Assembly: GCA_027923505.1 (NCBI GenBank)
Contig: BROI01000010.1
Location: 310,001-374,000 of the forward strand
From: Mayamaea pseudoterrestris
Taxonomy: Eukaryota
Length of the DNA: 64,000 nucleotides
Direction of reading: 5' to 3'
The position numbers and the translations under genes were made by a program. Below are positions 57,875 through 64,000 of the stretch, piece by piece. Below the pieces are notes generated by a model. That model saw only the letters and a program-made list of their open reading frames with translations. It was not told where the DNA came from and did not search any database. Position 1 is the first letter of the stretch; the number at the start of each line of letters is the position of its first letter.

Positions 57875-59033
57875 GGTGGATGGGAGGTGGATAAGTGAGA
57901 TGAAGGTGTTGATTTAGCGGACTGGCGAAATTGTGAGCAAGATCCAAGGCGGAATCACTAAACCTGAGACGCTGATGATTTGAAACTCCATCCGTCGTCG
58001 TTTGGAACGACTGATCTCAGTGGACCGACCAAGGCTGCAAACATAACGCGAAGCTGAACTCAAGGCAATAGTAAATGAGTGGAGATGGACAGCATCACCT
58101 TGAAATTCTGAAGTTGAGCTTCTCTCCGAGTTCGCAAAATGACGAGCTTGGAATAAATGGGCGACGTAGTTAGTTCTTGTCCTTTGTAGTCTGCATTTAA
58201 AGCGATAGCCGTGATGTTCAATTGCGACTTCAACCATGCTGTCAGTCGTGCACTTTAACGACGGGTTAATTGGAGTGGAAAGTTGATCACTCCACTGGAT
58301 TACGGTGCAAGACAATCCTCACGGATTTAGATGACCTCCATCCATCGACTTGGTGTTTGGCAAGATCTGTTCCTCAACTCCGCATCGGCAACAGTGATCC
58401 CATGTCTTGCTGGCTGACATGGTTTGATCACGGTCCCACATTGCAGCTGGCAGCCGGAATTCTCGTTCACTGTCAACAATTTGGCGACCAGGATCTTACG
58501 CTCGATGCAGCAAATCTTGTATGTACTGCAACCACGATATATATGATCCTGATACAGTGATATATTTCTGTTGCTGAAAGTGATGCGACACATAACGTGA
58601 TGTTGCATCGGCTTTGGTTCAATGCATAGTGAGCAACTTAGGCCAGCTTGTGGTTGGCCGCGTCCGGAGACATGTATCATCCATACGTATAGTTCTCGAT
58701 GCACGATTGCAGTGTCAAGGTGTGCAATAATGACGCCTTGTTTCTCGTCCAGCACGCTACAGCAGAACTTGTGCCCATGATCCGACAGCCAGCACTGCTA
58801 CGTCGCTTGTCGCTCGCCGCTCCCGGTATGCAATTGTGGATAGCAAACAATATGTTTGCACACAGAATGATCTGCATTGTCTTTTTGTGAATAAGTTGAG
58901 ATAAAATTATAGCACACTTTACTTTTACTTTCATCTCATCGTCGAAACAATCACCTTTGTGACCATTGTTTCGACGCAGCTGTATTCCTTCGTGACGCAC
59001 ACTCATTTGGCTTGCAGTTTAGTTATAAAATGG

Positions 59034-59759
59034 CTACCGCTTATTTTTCTTGCGTTTATGACGCTTTTGTGACTTTTCTTGCTGCGCGCGTTGCATCGTT
59101 TGGTATTTTCGCTTCACGTAGGCGCTTTCCTGCTGTGCGCCCAGCACTTGATCCACCAACGTTCCATGTCTAACCTTTCTACCATCCTCAATATAAGTTC
59201 CTCGCTGTACCCACTTCCCCGGCAAATCCGGATTCTTGTAGAAACGTTTTGGATCCAAGTAGTTTCGATGACGAATCAAATGCAGATCTTGGGCCAGCGT
59301 CGGGTCAGACGACGGATCGAGCATCCCCTGGTGCTTAAGTCGCTTTACTTTGGAACCAGGTGTCGATGCCGAAGCCAGTCCATTCCGCAAGTTCCCCAAA
59401 GACTTGTTAAGCGCAGCCTTGTAATCCTTTTTCATTGATGCTTTGCGAAGCGACTCCAGGCCTCCTTCGCATTTGAACTTGTCCAATGAAGCAGCAGCAA
59501 GTCGTAATGGAGCTACATAACCTGGACGAAGCTTCGTCAAAGCATTCTTTTGGACTTGCAATTGTTGCTTCTCCGTTATCAATGCAGGATCGGGAGAAGT
59601 GTTGATCTCCGAATTGCCAAATATATCAGCGTCGTCGTCGACGTCGACGTCGGACAACGTTTCGGCCAGGGCGCGCTGGGGAAGTGATGACGAGTTTGCT
59701 GTAATCCTGTCGATCGACACACCTTCTTCTGTAACATCTGTCTGCTGAAGAGTCTTCAT
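59034..59759 (-). CDS. FCF2: Fcf2/DNTTIP2-like pre-rRNA processing protein
   Basis: DLHLIRHRNYLDPKRFYK...QRGTYIE...TLVDQVL...YVKRKY and a basic C-terminal tail. Confidence 0.85.
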   Translation of the reverse strand: MKTLQQTDVTEEGVSIDRITANSSSLPQRALAETLSDVDVDDDADIFGNSEINTSPDPALITEKQQLQVQKNALTKLRPGYVAPLRLAAASLDKFKCEGGLESLRKASMKKDYKAALNKSLGNLRNGLASASTPGSKVKRLKHQGMLDPSSDPTLAQDLHLIRHRNYLDPKRFYKNPDLPGKWVQRGTYIEDGRKVRHGTLVDQVLGAQQESAYVKRKYQTMQRAQQEKSQKRHKRKKNKR

Positions 59760-60333
59760 TGTGTTTGCTTTATTCTATACTATAGAGACGGTATGATAGC
59801 AGGTATGTCTGCAAAGAATTTGGACGAAATTCAAATAATGGACGGCCATCACCGCAGTACCGGTACGATGAACCATTGTCGAAAAAATCTCTCCCGTGGA
59901 CCAATGCGATACCACGCAAGTACTCATACTACTCAAGTACTTCCAGTACTCAGCCGCTGGCAACCAACAATGTGAAAATCGATAGTGGTTAAAGAGCAAC
60001 AGTAGCTGATAAATGACGACCCACGCGAGGGTCTAAAAAAATACGTACTTGTACTGCGTTTTACAGTACTTCTCGAGTACTTTTCGATATTCAGACCCAC
60101 AACATGGTGGTGTGTAAAGCGAAAGTGGTCAAAACATCACAGTAGTTGATAAACGGTTGTCATTATTGAGTGCAAACGCGGCTAGCGCGTTGTGATTAAC
60201 ATCTTTTATGTAAGGTACGTCAGCGCTCGCGATCTTTATTCAGAGAGAGAACCGAACAAAGCCCATCAGCAGCATACGCATTCCGGGTAGTGATACATTT
60301 CATGCGAACGACGACGGCTCGCGTCAAGCGGCT

Positions 60334-60936
60334 CTACTTGCGAAAGAATTTTGGCGCCTTGCTACCTTTTGGTCCTTTGCTGCCCTTGGTCTTGCTCCCT
60401 TTTGCGCCCTTGCTCTTCGAGCCATGCAGTTGACGTCTTTCGCGAAAGAATTTCGGCGCCTTGCTTCCTTTCGGGCCTTTCGGAGCTTTACTGCCCTTAG
60501 TTTTGCTTCCCTTTGAGCCCTTGACTTTCGATCCGTGCAGTTGGCGTCTGTCGCGAAAAAATTTGGGCGCCTTGCTGCCTTTCGGAGTTTTCGGACCTTT
60601 ACTGCCTTTGATTTTGCTGCCTTTAGCTTTAGATCCTTTCAGTTGGCGACGAAAGAATTTTGGAGCCTTGCTGCCCTTCGGTCCCTTACTACCTTTGGTC
60701 TTACTTCCTTTTGACCCTTTTAGCTGACGGCTGGTCTGCGAAAGCTGGCGAGCACCTCGAACCAGTTGCTGTGCTTGCTGCTCGACCTGACCACTGATGC
60801 GGCCCTCCTGAAGCTCGTTATCTAGACCTCTCGCGCCTTGATTTGTCGAGCAAGAAGCTCCAACGAGCAAAAGGAGGATTGTTAGGATAAGTTGACGCGG
60901 CATGATGAAGCTGGAGGTGGTGGAGGAGCTCGTCAT
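60334..60936 (-). CDS. Silaffin-like secreted polyprotein: four Lys-rich KGSK...APKFF units separated by RQL motifs (alternative start 60903)
   Basis: Signal ILTILLLLVGASCS; RGL and RQL pro-region; four units ending KGSKAPKFF; synonymous variation among DNA copies. Confidence 0.85.
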   Translation of the reverse strand: MTSSSTTSSFIMPRQLILTILLLLVGASCSTNQGARGLDNELQEGRISGQVEQQAQQLVRGARQLSQTSRQLKGSKGSKTKGSKGPKGSKAPKFFRRQLKGSKAKGSKIKGSKGPKTPKGSKAPKFFRDRRQLHGSKVKGSKGSKTKGSKAPKGPKGSKAPKFFRERRQLHGSKSKGAKGSKTKGSKGPKGSKAPKFFRK

Positions 60937-62703
60937 TCAAACAAATGTGTGAGATTTATAATGGATGCATGTGTGCTCGCTTAAAGAAGTGGTGGCAGGA
61001 TGGAGCTCGGATCGCTTGCACTCGTGTCGGCGAAAGATCCACATGGGCTTCTAAGTGTTTTAGTACCGGATACCTATATATGGTCTGTCTGACTCTCAAG
61101 CCGGCCGATGTCACACGCTTCATTAAATGCCACCATGTGCCCAACTTTCCGAACGACCATGCTAATTGCACATTAGCGGTTGTATAGCGATCATTGCAAG
61201 TCAGAACACGTGGTATCGGCCCAACTGGTGAAAAATGGGATGTAAGCGAAAGATACAAGATTGCAGCGGCACCCCAACGCCACCGCATGCTTGCCGTCAG
61301 TCCGAGGTGCGAGCCTCGAGCCTAGCGAGGAGCGAAGGGCGAGGAATTCTTGGTGAAATGATGGTCCGAGCCATGCCATTTTTCCCTTCCCTGTTTATGC
61401 GCAATGAATGAGCATCACCACGCATGTGTTTTGTGTATGGCTGTCCATCATAGCCGCGTCATCGCCGCATCACTATAGCCTGCAGCTTGAGCATACATCT
61501 GTTCGAGACCAACAAAGGTCAAGAGTCCCAAATAGAAGATAGTTCATCCATGGAATGGTGGTAGGCGACACGACGCGCCACCTTTTGAAAATTACGATGG
61601 CGACTTGTTGCATGTGTCCTCCAAAGATTCATAATTTGCTAGCTGAGAGGATGTGGACCTGCTACCTGCTACAGTTCAGAGGAAGGAGGAAGGGCATCGA
61701 CTCCATGCTATATCAAGCACAACTCCTCGTTCTATGTTTCCAGATGCATTGGCGAGATAGTGTTGCAGATGGTGCAAGCTGCAAGCCCATCATGCGCCAT
61801 TAAATTGCTACGACTTTATACTATTTTGCCTTAATATAGCTGCAGCGTTACCATTTTTAACGTCATTGCGCAGCGAGACCTTGTCTCTTATTGCATATCT
61901 AAAAGTCATCGCCCTACGGCTGGCTTACTTTGGAATGGCCCGGATAAATTTGCGAGAGAGGTCTGTAGTATCTTACAGGAGATTGACGTCACTGCGAAGC
62001 GCGTTGCAGGCTCATTAGTTGCTCCTTTTCCATTGCCGTCATCACTAAGTAATTTTGTTCATCAAGGCGGTGTCACGCAATCAATTGGTATTGAGAGGAA
62101 GCAAAAAGCATGGACTTGATGCGATGTTCGCCGATGTCGTTCTCTCTGTATGCTATTATAGCTTTGCCGCAACCGCTTAATGGATCGATTATTAGCCAGC
62201 TCGCATTCGTGCCTGAGCAGATTTTGTTAAACTTGTCAAATGAAAGCGGATGATAAAGATGTCGGCTGCCTCATCAAACCATAACTTCTGCTTCGCCTAA
62301 TAGCTGCTGCATGATGCATGCAAAAATGCAACGAACATGAAGGCACGGACAGATAGCAAAGTCACGACTGCTGCTCATTTTTACTGCTATTGCTTCGAAT
62401 ATCGCTGAAGCGTGGCCGAATCTTTGAGATCCTCCATGTTTGCATCATTTTTGACGTTTCTCAGCTCGAGAGTCGCGTACGAAGGATCGCTGAAACAAAA
62501 CCTTGGACGAGACAACATGGCTCGCCTCGCGCGCCATATTCATATTAGAAAACGTGTTCATGACACAAAAATCACGATACTTAAGTAGGCTCGCTTACAC
62601 AATTCAAGCGATCCAAAATTGGCGAGCTTTTCACCTTTTCTGTCAAAACTTCGCACCTCTAACATCTACACTTTCGATATTCGTCGCACAGCCAAGTAAC
62701 ACC

Positions 62704-63564
62704 ATGAAGTTTGCACGAACAGCGATTGCCTTTACCATCATGGCCATCTCGGCCGACGCCTTTAGCCGCGAAAAGACTCTAGAGCATTCCCAGGCAGGCG
62801 GTGGAAGATATCTCAAGCGCACGCTAGCGGGCATGACCACGGCAACTGGATCTGCGGCAACACCCGTTGCACCAGTGGCAGCACCAGTTGCGACAATGGC
62901 GCCGGTCATATCAGGGTCTGTGGCGGCGCCCGTCGCAGCTCCTGTTGCTCCTCCTACTCTCATCGCATCTGCATCCGTCGACACACCGATTGCAGCGCCC
63001 GTTGCTCCTCCTACTCCAATTGCATCTGCGTCGACTCCTATTTCTGGATCCTTGTCTGCCGTTACGGGCGGAGGCGACGGAGGAGATGGAGATGGTGAAG
63101 GTAACGTGCCAACGACATCGCCACCACCGCCAACGGCGGAAGCCTGCCGCACCATTCCCATTTTCTTCTTGAAGAGCGAGCTGACGGCCAACTATACGCG
63201 CTATGCTACTGGCGGAGGTTTCGACTCGGTGCCGTACTACAATGCCAACACGGGCGAGCAGTATGGTTTCTACAGCGACGAAGCAACCAACCTTGATTCG
63301 GGAGACTGCGTCGGCGGAGGTGTGTTTAGCTTTGGACCAACCATAAGCTACCTTGACCAAATCACCTTTTCCTTTTCCTGCTATGGAGCATCTAACTCTA
63401 TCACAGGAGGAAATGGTCGCTTTGGTTGCGCATCAGGCTACGAAATTTTCAATGCGGACGAGGTTGACCGCATCAGCTCCACCTTGTACTTGTGCGGAAC
63501 CCTGTGTCCGTACACTGGCCCCATGGATCCGGTTGCAACAACTCCTCGCACGGAAACGCCATAA
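62704..63564 (+). CDS. Secreted Ala/Pro-rich protein with RXL motifs and C-terminal dirigent/AOC-like domain (paralog of 38495-40229)
   Basis: Signal MKFARTAIAFTIMAISADA; RYL and RTL; APVA repeats; CRTIPIFF...GDCVGGGVFSFG...NSITGGNGRFGCASG...LCP. Confidence 0.83.
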   Translation: MKFARTAIAFTIMAISADAFSREKTLEHSQAGGGRYLKRTLAGMTTATGSAATPVAPVAAPVATMAPVISGSVAAPVAAPVAPPTLIASASVDTPIAAPVAPPTPIASASTPISGSLSAVTGGGDGGDGDGEGNVPTTSPPPPTAEACRTIPIFFLKSELTANYTRYATGGGFDSVPYYNANTGEQYGFYSDEATNLDSGDCVGGGVFSFGPTISYLDQITFSFSCYGASNSITGGNGRFGCASGYEIFNADEVDRISSTLYLCGTLCPYTGPMDPVATTPRTETP

Positions 63565-64000
63565 GCTGGCTTGCTAATTATGTTTGTTGGGCGGACCAAC
63601 GTATGGGGTGCTGTCGAAAGCATGTTAGATTGCACGGGGATTTGTTGCAGGCTAGTAATCATTTCATAGTCTGGCTACTTGGTTTTATTACTTAGTATAC
63701 CTCTAATCACTCAGCCTTGCCACGACTGTCGAGGGCAATGCAGTCCAACTTCTTGTTCATGTTAAAGTTGGACTTGTAACATAAAAGTAGCTAACTTTCA
63801 TTCCAATGCTTGTGCGACACAGGACCGACACCACGAAACGCACGCAGCGCGCCCAAAGAATGATGAGCCATGCGACCACCTTTCCACCCACTTAACCAGG
63901 TCAAGTCATAAGAAACTCTGTCAAACAAGTACATCCTAACTTTATAAAGGCATGGCAAGGATATCACGCTCCCCAAATGCCACTGCAACAAGACAGCAGC

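Noticed and set aside
57914..59006. Several 60-140 aa ORFs upstream of the HA gene
   Set aside because: No motifs and inconsistent strands; treated as intergenic/regulatory DNA.
1..64000. tRNA, rRNA, telomeric repeats or intact transposons
   Set aside because: None recognised by eye; tRNAscan, Rfam and RepeatMasker would be needed to exclude them formally.

Overview
Gene-dense eukaryotic nuclear DNA with short GT-AG introns, most likely from a pennate diatom. Evidence for that: bipartite plastid presequences, a diatom-type cyclin, HA-domain and DUF285 proteins, and secreted proteins with RXL motifs. The species cannot be determined from sequence alone. The first ~2 kb is repeat DNA: a 168-bp repeat, a ~175-bp satellite and a 190-bp duplication. 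About 29 protein-coding genes follow, including a macrodomain, a bromodomain-ET protein, an HCF164-like thioredoxin, an Urc1-type GTP cyclohydrolase II-like protein, two PPR proteins, a Ddi1-type protease, 2OG oxygenases, PanE, BRO1, Stn1-like, PP4R1-PDZ, GPAT, a RING/IBR-SF1 helicase, a cyclin, an OB-fold methyltransferase and Fcf2. The most striking feature is a dispersed set of secreted, RXL-punctuated, low-complexity precursor proteins at 21.5, 38.5, 46.8, 60.3 and 62.7 kb. One is a clean silaffin-like polyprotein of four RQL-flanked KGSK...APKFF peptides. Two others share a Cys-containing dirigent/AOC-like C-terminal domain. Together they are a candidate undescribed biosilica or extracellular-matrix system. 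Exon boundaries were read manually and are predictions. No database searches were run.
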